From assembly GCA_048128005.1 (NCBI GenBank), contig JBEUKZ010000078.1, positions 186,001 through 250,000 on the forward strand: a stretch of DNA of 64,000 nucleotides, written 5' to 3'. Positions 49,087 through 61,500 of this stretch are shown one piece after another. The position numbers were made by a program, and so were the translations under genes. The first letter of the stretch is position 1; the number at the start of each line of letters is the position of its first letter. The notes under the pieces are model-generated. The model was not told the origin of the DNA, searched no databases, and saw only the letters and a list, made by a program, of their open reading frames with translations. This DNA is from Veleropilina oligotropha. Lineage: Eukaryota.

Positions 49087-50210
49087 GGTTAGACCATGTT
49101 ACTCGTGTTTAATCCATTTTGACCTAGTTTTCTTTTGTTATAACTGTTGATTATTCTACACGAATCCACTGCTACAAAATCATTGTGTCTGTTTAAAAGA
49201 CCAATTAAACAAGCGTTATGGGCATTAATTCCATGCTATGGACGATTCCATTCCAGAAAATGAGGAAAGCATGTTTAACGCAGTATATAATCCAAAGAGG
49301 TAGATTTATCTGCGGACGAGTCCATTCTAGTACACGTGGACACTGAAAAGAAAATATTAATTATTTTAACGCGTAGACAACACTTTTGCACTGACAACAA
49401 ACTTCAAGCACATTAAATTCGTTACCCAAATGAAGAAAATGTAATACACGTTTAACGTTCAGAAGAATCTGGCAATACTCCATATAATGCTGTTGTTCAT
49501 ATGAACGATGTTCCATTGCTTTACTTTGTAACGAACACCGAGAGCTATTTAAATATTATATCACAGAAATGTCGTTAAAATACAACATATATTTGCAATA
49601 TTATACTATACCTGATGCTCTCTGCAGAGGTAAATCCCACGTGTGCTCTGGTCAAACATCTGAAGCCAAGTGTAGCGTGCTTTGAAATGTACATCATCGT
49701 GACGCAAAAATATTTCGCCCTGCATGCCGGTATAATTGCACTTAACGAGCACATTAAACGTCTATTCATAAAGATGATTCTATTTAATTAGACCGATGTC
49801 CGACAGGGGATTCCGGAGAGAAACATCATATCCTATTCACGTCAAATGTATATATTTGAGTAATTTGACGATGTAATTTAATATTAATAGACTAGTATTG
49901 TCTAAACACATAACACAGTTTATTTTGGCTAAGATGGATTAAATAAGTTAACCAACTTGGAACTGAGCATTCGTGAAAAATAATGCACTCGGGCCTGTCG
50001 GCCCTCGTGCATTATTATTCACGAATGCTCAGTTCCACGTTGGTTAACCTATATATATGCAGGACAGACACAGTTTCCCACCACTGATTAAGTGCGAAAT
50101 CTGACCATTGTACTCGTGCTTCGCACTCGAACAATGGTCAGATTTCGCACTTAATCAACGGTGGAAAACTGTGTCTATCCAGCATATACACTCTTTGGCA
50201 TGGTCTAACC
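49087..50210 (-). mobile_element. GA-mismatch hairpin of copy F, split by copy E
   Basis: Palindrome 50055-50188 (minus-strand centre C-GA-GTGC-GAA-GCAC-GA-G); outer arm GGTTAGACCATG at 49087 pairs with CATGGTCTAACC at 50199-50210. Confidence 0.7.
49109..50054 (-). mobile_element. GA-mismatch hairpin element (copy E), nested in the arm of copy F
   Basis: Palindrome 49943-50052 (minus-strand centre CAC-GA-GGGCC-GACA-GGCCC-GA-GTG); IR 49927-49945 pairs with ~49107-49124. Confidence 0.75.
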
Positions 50211-50234
50211 TACATGCATACCAGGAGCTTGATA

Positions 50235-51330
50235 TATAATAATAATAATCTTTATTCAGCTGTAAACATTTAAAAGGTTTTTAGCCATATATATCATTTA
50301 CAGACATATAAATGACAAAGTAAATATACAAAACATCGCGTAATGTAATGTTCAGACATGTACATTATACAAACATAGATACATTTATAATGGTATATTT
50401 ATGAATCATATGATGTAAAATAGATCAGTTCCATGGTAAATACTTATACAAATTCCTAATAATCAATAATACGAACAAATAATAGATGATGGCGGACACA
50501 AGCTACAGTTGTTGTTGTGAGATGCACTCAGTGATGTATTTATAATTCTGTAGGATTGTTTCGTAGAAGTAAAGCATGTTTAAGGTAAATCCCGAGATTT
50601 GACAGTGTTTTTATATTGGATTTCATTAAGTTCGTGAATTGTTGCTGATTTGGCCATCTTGTGTAGTATTTAGGGAGATATTTAATGCGTATTTCTCTAT
50701 ACTTGGGGCAAGCGACAACGAAATGATATTCGTCTTCGACGACACGTAATGTACAATGCTGGCACAACCTATTTTGTCTTTCAATTCCATGAAATCTGCC
50801 CTCTTCCACTGCTATTTTAAGTGTCCCACTTCTGATTTCTGAAATTAATTTTCTGCTTGTAGTATTTTGCAATGATAGGTACTTTTCGAATAATATTGAT
50901 AATTTTAAGGTTACATAATGCTTTAGCTTAGATGTGTTTTGAATAGAGTCATGCCAACATTGTTTAAACTGGTCATGGATTCGCTGCAGAATTAAGTCTA
51001 GAGGAATGTGAATTGTATCTTGTTCAAGCCAATATATGTTAAAACCAAGCTCATACAAAACGTCCTTTACACAAGATGCCCAATTAACAACATTGTTTAA
51101 TTCACTCTGTTGCCTTGCATGATTATATATTTTGTACAATAAAATAGTTCTATTGTTAATTATTTTTTACCCAGTTAGTATTTTAGAACTCCTAGGATAT
51201 GTCGCTCCATCGTTCCAATTAGTCGAACATCGCAATAACAAAGAATTTGTCAAGGAACCAAATGAATTTGGCTGGAAGAATCAACACACACAATTTCCTC
51301 TAGAGGCCGTCATGACTGCTCATTGTATGT
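50235..51330 (-). mobile_element. Non-LTR retrotransposon 3' end (C-terminal CCHC knuckle, RTE-X-like)
   Basis: ORF 50540-51139 with LKIAVEEGRF...RLCQHC...EDEYHFVVACPKY; AATAAA followed by (ATT)n tail on minus strand. Confidence 0.75.
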
Positions 51331-52249
51331 TTTAAGGGGTTGAAGCTTGCAATTCACAATACATTTTCACGATATATATGACATATACTACATCGACAAC
51401 CCTCAGCGATATCCACATAACGCCTATCGCTGTCATTCGAGGTATTATGACTGATACCACTCGGGATATATATTACATAAACCAATATCCACTTCGATAT
51501 TTTAAAGGATTAGCTATTTTCTTCTCTCATGAATTCAGAACCCACGATGATTAACGTATACACAACAATGGTTATAGTTTATAAAAGTATCGTCGGCCAT
51601 TTTTTCATTTGAACTATAGATGTTTGTTAATTTTAATCTATGGTTTGATATATATTTACGTATGTCTATATAAATTAGGGGAATAAATTCTACATATTTG
51701 AGTCTCGACTCTGTGAAATGTTTATCTGACTTACTACTCAACGTTGCATTAAACAACATGTTTCGAATCACTACTGATTACCGCATGTTTAAACACGACA
51801 AGTATCGACAGTAGCGTGGTGCGCCGATTATCGATATACGAGCAATTTACGTTATCAGTTTCGTTTAGATTCTTAAGCAAATTAAGAATGACATGGATAA
51901 TATCACCCGAAAACACACCAAAGAGCTAAACATTTATTGATATAAGATTTGAATAATATTGACCGGTAAACCTGTCTATTAATCCCACATGTCTTGTTTA
52001 CAAACATTTGCATAAGATATCTAAATTGATAAGTATCGTATCATATATCGTATATAATAAGTGATCGACAAAACAAGTTATATGAGGTTAAGTGATTAAA
52101 GAGGAGTAGCACCCAACCCTATTTAATCCGACATACATCCGTGGCCCATCCCGTGTCTACCATAGCATTTTATTGCATATGAAGACCTGATAAATGCTAG
52201 TAGGTGTCACAAGAAAACGTATTTCGCACATTACAGAATGTCAATCTGC

Positions 52250-52920
52250 TTCATGACAAATGATGCAATAGCACTCTTTCTTCCGTCTTCGAGTATCACC
52301 TCTCAGAAACTCTGTTGTCCAATTTACACATTTCTCGCAAAATATATTTAACCCCATCCACATATAACTGACCCCCATAGTACTGTCTACCTGTTTCAAC
52401 TCTCAGCCCTCCATATCTGATCACTGCCCTCTCACCACCCGCTCTACTACATACTAACGTCCCCGTATTTTTAGAGTTCTTTAGTCCAAACCTCTCCAGA
52501 CTCGTTTGCTAAGTCGGCATCCTTTCTTGTAAATGTTGCTCGTTGTCTGCCAAGATGATCAAGTCACCTGCGACCAGCAGTTCCGCATATATTCTGCCCT
52601 GTGTTCCAAAAGAACAGTTAGTGTGATGTCCATGTCAACGATCCAGCATCCCATGACGCAAACCTCAAATTTACCATCTCTCTTCGACTTCTAACCAACC
52701 ATTGGCGCCATTGCGAACCGTTGTTTCCCACTGTCATTCCATCGGTTTCCCAGACCTTTTGACGTAGACCGTTGGAGGCCCCTGTAGGGTGTTTCGAGCT
52801 GTGTCTTGTCCACTGTTGTTTGAATCCATGGTCTAAATTTATAGGTAGAGATTTCTAATCCGGATGCTCCCTGACGCCAGCCTGTTCACGGATCAGGATC
52901 CGGGGGTTTTCCGAGACACT
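52250..52920 (-). mobile_element. Degenerate RTE-like LINE relic
   Basis: Minus-strand LRFASWDAGSLT (AP-endonuclease N-terminus-like) and LERFGLR fragments. Confidence 0.35.
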
Positions 52921-53031
52921 CTCATGAATGAATAAAGAGTGGATGGGCGTTAGCTTCTTTCGACCCCATTAACTGATGTTCTTACTTCTGCTGGGTGACC
53001 ACACACCTTCCTCACAACAATCAGAAGAACA

Positions 53032-53193
53032 TGACAGAAGCTGGTCTGTCAATGTATGTGACAGAAGCTGGTCTGTCAATGTATGTGACAGAAGCTGGTC
53101 TGTCAATGTATGTGACAGAAGCTGGTCTGTCAATGTATGTGACAGAAGCTGGTCTGTCAATGTATGTGACAGAAGCTGGTCTGTCAATGTATG
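53032..53193. repeat. 27-bp minisatellite, 6 identical copies
   Basis: TGACAGAAGCTGGTCTGTCAATGTATG at 53032, 53059, 53086, 53113, 53140, 53167. Confidence 0.97.
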
Positions 53194-53584
53194 TACGGTT
53201 ATGCCTGTCGTTTTGAAGATAGTTATCTCTTCCTACATGTTGTTGCCACCGAGAGGTGTAAATCATAAGATCGTGGCTTCTAATTCACGCGACTGATTGC
53301 TCTGTTTAACAGGAGTGGGTTCGAATCGTTCAATTAACAATGACAGTTGTCCTTAACTGTCCGGTTTGAAAAGGTTTTCCTGCGCGACCTGGCCGTTCTC
53401 TCGCGATTATATGGATGACCTCGAAGGGTGTGATAATAGGCAATTAAACATCGATTCAACCATATCATTATAACCGGGACCGTGGTTCTGGCAGTTCATC
53501 ATAGGAAACACAATACTATCTCAATACACTGATGACACAATGCATTTCAATAGCTGTTTAATGACCACCTTTTCTGTTTTGTAG

Positions 53585-53706
53585 AGACGACTCGGGGTTG
53601 ATGAGTCGACCCAGCTCTCCAAGTTCTCTGGACGAAAAAATCCAGGATGACGAGGACATGGAAAATGCCATCCGGGACATCGTCGGTCGGGACAGCCCCA
53701 ACAGCG
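53585..53706 (+). CDS. Gene 3 exon
   Basis: ttttgtag/gtaaat boundaries; DDSGLMSRPSSPSSLDEKIQDDEDMENAIRDIVGRDSPNS; phase 2 to 1. Confidence 0.65.
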
Positions 53707-54594
53707 GTAAATAATAACCCATGCAGGATGCATTTGATGCTTTCAGCCATTTGAAAAGTTTCTAATCGTATCATTTCTTCCCATTGTGAGCCTGTATCCA
53801 ATCGGAGGATAGGTCTATCCATTCGATCACTCGCTCATTTTTTACGTTATATTTTTATTTTTATTTTACAAATGGGATGGGTTAGAGCATCATTATATCA
53901 AAGTGACCGCGTGGTAGTACAGTGGACACGGGTGTGGCATCCAGTTCACCCGCTTGACCGCTCGGATTAAGGAGAGAGTTCGAATCTTCTGCTTGGCATT
54001 ACTCCATTAACAGTCATATTTGTCCTTAAATGACCGGTGTGGGGTATTCCTGGCGACAATAGTGTCATGTCATGATATGGCCATCAATGGTGTTATTATG
54101 GGGACATTATCCATAGATCCAAATCAAACGATATCCATGCGAAAGGCATTTAATGTGAAGGTTCGATTATTATAAGACTAATAAAATGTTTAATTGAAAA
54201 GTCAAATGACACAATGTTATGTTGTCCACGATTCATGTATTTGTTGAATGAGCAATGTTAAAGTTAGTGAACGATCAAGATCACCTATTATGCGTGTGCT
54301 CTTGGGTTGATACCAAGCTTATCCAAGGTGATGAACTGCAGAACGTTAACGTCGTGTACAAACGTATGACAACATTATTTTGCATAAACTTAAAATGATG
54401 TGGACTTTTTGTTTATTTTTCGTTTTACATATTTACCTGTACTCGTGTTCGTCAACCGAATAATCTTATTATTCATTCAAATGACACAATTGACAAATAG
54501 AGGTATTTCCTTCAATGAAACCGAAAAATAATGTCCATTTGAAATTTATACTAACCAAATTTAAACTAGCCAAATTTGAATTGCATATTTGCAG

Positions 54595-54654
54595 ATTCCG
54601 ATATGATATTAGCTGAACAACTGGACAAGAACTCAAAGTCCAGTGTGAAGATAG
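54595..54654 (+). CDS. Gene 3 exon
   Basis: ttgcag/gtaagc boundaries; SDMILAEQLDKNSKSSVKI; phase 1-1. Confidence 0.6.
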
Positions 54655-55233
54655 GTAAGCCCATCAGCTTCGTTTGAAGCCATTGAACTGTCAGACAAAA
54701 TAATTATATTATAACTCATACGTTTTGGGTAGTAAATGGTATGCCTGGGATTTTAAACTTTAGCCATTTCACACTTTCTTAGATATGATTTAAAGCAAGT
54801 AATAACACTAATTGCATATTTTTATTTTAATCAAATATCAAGGTTTTCGTCGATTTCAAGTTTAGATGAGTGACACTGGTAAAAGTTATTAATTTTGCTT
54901 GCGGTTTAATAGATCATCCCAATGGCGAGTTTCGGTGAGACTCTCGCGAATAATGCAAACCTGTCGGACATATTAATCGTTATCGGGCCAAAGAATAGCG
55001 AAACTCGGTAGCGTGCCAGAAGTTGTTGAAAATGTAGAACACGCCCGTGGTAAAAGCCTTCTTTATATTAAGCTAGAGGGAATAACCATAGATAACAATT
55101 TTAATTATACAATCATTTACAATATATAAGTACCTTTGCCCAATAAAAAAATGCGAAGATACGATGCATTTTAAAAGGAATATCTTTAATGCCTATGGTT
55201 GTCCACTCATGGTCCATCTTACCTCTGTTACAG

Positions 55234-55322
55234 GTGCTCCAGTAATAGACAACCGAATAAATGTCATTCGCATCCCATCACCTGCTCCACCTGTGCCTAA
55301 ACAGGTCTGGAGCGAGAATAAG
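55234..55322 (+). CDS. Gene 3 exon (downstream exons not identified)
   Basis: ttacag/gtaatt boundaries; GAPVIDNRINVIRIPSPAPPVPKQVWSENK; phase 1 to 0. Confidence 0.6.
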
Positions 55323-57210
55323 GTAATTACCTCGATTTTATCGCATGGAACTGGCAGCATGCATGCATGGAGAGATGAAGGTTTGAAATGCGTGGCGATA
55401 GTACCATAATTGTTATCAGTTGGTCATGTGTTGTTGGTTATAACTAATATAATCACCTGAATATATTATGAACCGTGGCTGACACCACATATATACGATA
55501 TTGTGAGAGACGTTAATAAAAATCATGGCGTGCACTTTAACTGATCTACAGCTGAGCACAAACATAGCGTGCATGTTAAGATTTGGTCACGATAATGGAT
55601 ATGTGCTCATTGTTGTGGATCAATTAGAGTTATGTCTATGTAAACCACTACTGCCACATCGCGATACTTCACATAGGTAAAGTTGAACGTTCGGCTTTCA
55701 AACGTCATTGAAATAACCATCTGAAACATTATGACATTCGCAGAAAGTGTTATATATAGATATTCTAGGTAACACAATTCGATTGACCTATTTTAGCGCA
55801 ATGCATAGTTGCTATATGTGGTTTATGTGTATACGATCATACTTTTTGCACTAGACTTAAATAATGGTTACCCGCCTGTTCTGGTTGATGTGAGTAGGTT
55901 CGATTCGTCGTCTCGACAATTACCGGAGTTAACGATCACATATATCATTAGAAGACAATTTCATTTCTCGACCAATGAGAAAGCGGTATTTCTTATCACT
56001 TATTACCGAAGACGATAATTTATCAGGTCTATCGTATGTGATGCCTTACCTATTATTAGAAATAGGGGTAACATATCAAATCTTCATATGTCATTTTTAA
56101 ATATAATAATGAAAATACGGAGCAAATAACATATATTTCGATAAAATAAACAGTTTGTCAAATTTTACAATAAGAATTGTCAGCGAAGAGAAATGAAATG
56201 AGCTTCTAAGTTGAATAGACGGCATATTATCGAGTCTTAATTTAAAAAGTATAGGCTTGTCCTACGGACGCGCTTTTCTTTTTAATAAGACTCTGCAATA
56301 TGCCATCTAGCCCATCAATATAATTGGCAGATGCAGGCAGGTTTTCTTCAGTGCTATCTTCCGACAACATGGATATTACTAAAATGAAAGGTCCGAACCG
56401 AATTCTACAAGATTTGTGAAATTATGCCATTACGACAGGAAATATTCATTTCAAACATTACATCGTAAAAACTTCTTATTATGCTAAACAAAATTGGACT
56501 GCACTGGGGGTGGTGTGCACACTACAGGGTATCGTGGTTATTATTCGTTTGTTAAATACTGTGATACAAATATGTATACAAACGTCAATGATTATGGTAT
56601 AAACGCCATGTTTACGACACTTGGTAAATACCAGACGTCATAATGATAGCGCCACGTTTTGAGAAGTAATGGGTGTGAATATCAGACGATATTTCAAACA
56701 CACTAGTGTAGTAATGCGTGTACTGTAGTAATGCATTTTGGTTTGTTAAATCACTACTTCCTGTGAGCTGACAGCAGTGGAATATGGGTCGTGTTTGGAT
56801 CATTTGTGGTAACATTTATAAGGTACTGTGAATCACAATGTAGATGTATTCAGTAATTAGTTAAAAAACAGCAAACCTAAACCTTAAAATGTATTTAAAT
56901 TCTATATTGCCCATGTTATATTAGCTTTGATACAGTAAACATGACTGGGCCGTAACATTTATTTGTGATGAGGAAAGGTATTGCATAGTCACAAAGAAAA
57001 AAAAAGTTGGTGTTTGAGAAAAACACTTTGATATCTACTCGGTAAAAAAAGTTTTGTACCAGAGACTTCGACCATCAATATCTTTGCTATTACCAAACGC
57101 AACGATATAATGTATATATCGAAATAAAGAACGTTTATTTCCATACAGGATTTCATTGAAATCAATAATTATTGCGAGCGTATGATTGTATGCCCGCGGT
57201 TTCAGCGACA

Positions 57211-58837
57211 TAGGGGTCACTCAAAACGTGTCACAAATTACGAAATATGGATAAATATGCAATAAAGAAATGCAAACGTTAATAAAGCTAATGCTTAAAT
57301 TTATCATGTTTTGACTTCACAATTTATCTGTTAAATGGAGTGCGATCTAATAAAGTGCATTTAATAATCATGCTGTTGTTTACGAGAGGGTTGTTCAAAA
57401 ACTTTACAGATAAATGTGTCGAATATGTGACAACTTGCCAACTTCTATTGAATTGTTGATGTCCCCTCTTTGCTGTAGCTAAGTGCCGACCATTGTCAAT
57501 GTTGAAGTGTCAACGTGGATAGCACATGGATGCACGTGCATCAAGATAAATCATGCATTGTTTTGTGCATGCCGTGTTGGTGTCGCGGGAATGCGTGTAT
57601 CACAGCGAAAGTTATGCCTGTAATAAGAAGATATCCACCACTTTCGGTGATAAACCGGGCCCGGGCCCTAGTACAGCTGAAGGCTGGACAGAGCAGTAGA
57701 CAAGTGGCAACAGCATTCAACACAAGTCATCAGACCATTAACAGGGTCCTTCAACGGTTTAATGAAACGGGCCAAGCAAAGGACATGCCCAGATCAGGAC
57801 GAAAAGGCAAAAACCGCTGCAGAAGATCGTTTTATATTGGTGCATCGGTGGCCAGGAATCGGTTCCAGAATGAACCAGAGGCGCGGACACGATTGCTTGA
57901 TATCAGAGGACCCGGCGCCCGGCGGGTGTCTGTAAAGACTATCCGCATCAGAATCCATGCGGTAGGATTTAAATCCAGTGTACCGGGGAAGAAACCGGCA
58001 TTGTTACAACGCCACAAAGATGCTGTGCATTCAGTAGGGAACATTTACAGTGGACTAACCAGCAGTGGAGAGCGGTGTTATTCTCGGATGAGTCACGGTT
58101 CTGTCTGAGACACGTGGACGGCAGGGTTCGAGTGTGGATGCGACGAGGTGAACGTCATGCAGCCAACAACGGTGGCAGTCTGATAGTATGGGCTGGCGTG
58201 ACTGCTGATGGACATACTGACTTGGTGTTTATTGATGCCAATTTGAATGGACTACGCTACATTGGTGAAGTGCTGGTACCACTTGTTCTTCCCTTCAGTG
58301 GGCGTATGACTGTGCACGATCCGATCTACCAAAACGACAATGCTAGTCCCCACAGAGCGCGAGTGGTTGACGAATTCATGCCGGAAAACAACATCAACCG
58401 ACTGATTTGGCCAGTCATGTCGCCGGACTTGTCTTGTATTGAACACGTATGAGATGTCCTTGGAAGGTCGGTTACGAAACGACTGAATCATCACAGCACT
58501 ATGGCGAACTTTAGGCAGTATCTTATGAAGGAATGGCAACGTATCCCGCATGAGACCATCCGAAAGCTGGTACTGTCATCGCTAAAACGCTGTCAGGAAT
58601 GTGCTCGCAATCTGGGAGGATATACCAACTACTAACAATTTTCGATCGGCCTTCGAGCTGTGTTCACCGGCAGCTGACGACGGCAGTCGTGGGATAGAGT
58701 AATGTGACAGTGTGCTTACAGTGTTACTGATTAATGACAATTAAAATGAAATCTTATTTGTGATTCGTGTTTGTTTATTTCTAATAGCTGGTTCAGCACC
58801 ATTTCCGCTTATTTGTTAAACTTTTTAGTGACCCCTA
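57211..58837 (+). mobile_element. Full-length but inactive Tc1 (DD34E) transposon
   Basis: TIRs TAGGGGTCACT...AGTGACCCCTA; transposase 57614-58635 with HTH, FSDES, QNDNA and SPDLSCIE (34 residues between D and E); frameshifts and an in-frame stop. Confidence 0.9.
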
Positions 58838-60139
58838 TATTACTGTGACACCGGTTACGCTCTAATGGTGCGATATATGGCAGTAAGGTATCTGCTTCTT
58901 GAATAGAAATGGTCCCTCTTCATTTTTGTATATATATTGTATATATGCATGAAGATCATAAGCAAAAAACGGTTCAAAAAGCCCTAAAGAATGACATGTG
59001 ATGTTGGAAAGGTGGAGTAGAATGTGACAATAACCACACACTTATATAGCATATGAGTCTGGGTTGACGTACATAAATCGTACGCGATACGTTGTTGAAA
59101 TATAATTATTCATGATATTCTGAGCGTATTCCCTCGTTTGGTATAGAAGGGATCTTTTGCTCACATTTAATTTCGTTACTGCAGGTTGACATATATACGG
59201 TGGTGGACACACGTTACATATTACTACGTGCGTTTCGCCGCCGTACAGAGTAAATATCGTACACCATATACATTCGTTTGTGATGAAAAGTTTTCGACAT
59301 TCGGAAAATAATTGCTGTGAACCTTTCACACACTCGTCTATACAAGGGACGCAACTTTTGTCTGCTTATTTCACCTTGAATGCCGGAATATACACGTTAC
59401 CTATTTCAGTCTAGTTATCTGACGCATGCTAGATGTATGTAATACAGTAAAAAATCTATAAGCATACATTTTATTCAAATGGTTTACAATAATGAGACGG
59501 TATTAATTTAACAATAACAATATGTGAATGTGGTTTTTAAGATTTAATTCTTGGTGCTCCTGTGATTTTCTCAATAATACCGTCTCAAGACACGTTGACG
59601 TCTTGGTGTCGTTAATTTATTTTATAGGATTCATTATCGGAATAATTTTCCTTACAGAAATCTTAATTAAACATATTTACTCTCCGCATGTTGCGACCTA
59701 ATGTTGATAACTTCTGTGCGGTATGATAAATGAATTATAATAACTTAGGAGAGTCCTTCGCGTATTTTACAATAGTTGTAGTGGAACAGTAATTGGAGAT
59801 ATTTCTTGTATGCGCTTTAGAGTTCACATTTAAAATCCTATTTGCTTCAATTTTGAAATATATATTATGTACACGACCCCAGCATGATGTTGGCCATTTG
59901 TGCTTTCAAAATGGTTTCCGTGTTAGGGAATACACCCTCTCGACTGTTGGGCTAGAAGATTTAACTAGTCTTTTGGAGGAATTGTTGACCTTGACCATGA
60001 GGATTTCGAAAACATCGACAAAGGAGAGAGTCAATATCTTAACTATGTTAAACTGAACTTAAACATGGTAATAATGATAACTGTATTGTTTCATTTCAAT
60101 GAAGATTTTGTGTCATTAAATCGTAAATAATGTTTATTC

Positions 60140-61500
60140 AGCAATCATCTTTGCGATGGGGTAAGTTAATTGTACGACTATTACTGCCTTGAACCCTACG
60201 CCAGATTGTGATTGATCTGCCTGACTGTCGCCAGCCTGTTGGAGTCCAGCGACGAATTTTCAATACGTGAACCATGCAGTCAACCGCAGACGTCGTCTCT
60301 TGCATGATCTCTGGCAGCCAATCGTATTGTGCGTCATTGATAGACACATTGTTTGGCCAATAGATGCGGCAGATACTTATAAGGCACCATTGTGAACTGA
60401 TCCTTCGCGTCTCGTGTTCGCCTTGGTGGTTCGGCAACATTCTGAACCATACAGAAGGACCGATTTGAAGTTACTGAAGAGTGTAATCATCGTCTTCCTA
60501 TTACTCTAGCTTAACTTTCAGAAAGGACGTTACCGGCAGAATGCACCACGACCTTTGACCAGTCCCACATCGGTGTCTTCTTTGCATCTTTATCTGTACT
60601 AATGATGTTGCCCAGTTATGTGGAGTCGTTAACTATATAAATAAACAGATGTGTTCGTTATGATGTAGATGTATATTGCGTGCGTTTTCTGGTATTGATA
60701 ATGAGGCCGGTCTGCTTGGCATAGATTTCCAGACAGATGGTTGTCGTCTGTAGGTGGGATCACTGGATACAGGAATAGCGAGGTCATTAGCAAAGTCAAG
60801 AGCCGCGAGATAGGAAGACAGGTTCCACTGTAGACCACGGGGACTACCTGCTGTGGTTTTTCTTATTAACAAATTTATAATATATATATAGTGCAACTTT
60901 GGTCCACTCCGGACTCTACCGTGAACGATTCTGACAGTGAATTGCTGAAAATGATGCTGCAATCAAAATGCTTCCAGAACTTGCTTATCAGAAGGACTAT
61001 CTTCGGGGAAAATCCATAGGATTTTTTCTAGATTGTTACAATAGATGCTATCGAACGCCTTCTTGAAATCAAAGAAATTGATGCAATGAGGTGCATTCCA
61101 TTCCAGGAAATGTTTGATGATTATTAGCAGAGTAAAGACCTGGTTCACATACCCTGTTTCCTTCCCGAATCCCGTTTATTTCCGTCGAAACATGGTGTTA
61201 CTAGCAAACGGGTTTATAATACGAGGATCCTGCCGAAAACCTTGCTGGGAGCACATAGTAGTATTATCCCACGCCAGTTGTCATAAATTCTCATGTCGCC
61301 TCTTTTGGAAAGTTTAACAATGAGTTATTTGGTCCATTCATATGAAATGGGGTGCGTGTTCTATATGTGCGTACCCTGGTTGCTGTGTTGTCATCATCTT
61401 TTGGCATCTCGGCATGTAGTTTGTTCACTGATGGACCATGATGGTTGTGGTCATCTCGTGTCCATTTGGAGGAGTGACTATACCATCAGCTGGTGATGTT
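60140..61500 (-). mobile_element. RTE-clade LINE relic
   Basis: Minus-strand INFFDFKKAFDSI, LDFANDLA and WTPTGWRQSGRS..TIWRR RT/C-terminal motifs with frameshifts. Confidence 0.75.

Noticed and set aside
51370..51490. Another GA-hairpin element
   Set aside because: Only patchy inverted similarity; arms and IR pair cannot be aligned convincingly
53032..53193. CRISPR array
   Set aside because: Units abut with identical linkers; no unique spacers, no cas genes, eukaryotic context
19463..53606. All three neighbouring genes carry DSGxx(S/T) motifs (DSGCDT, DSGISS, DSGLMS), suggesting co-regulation
   Set aside because: Short motif common in Ser-rich disordered proteins; nothing else links the genes
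57515..58635. Active Tc1 transposase
   Set aside because: Frameshifts, internal deletions, TGA after the catalytic E, and diverged TIRs
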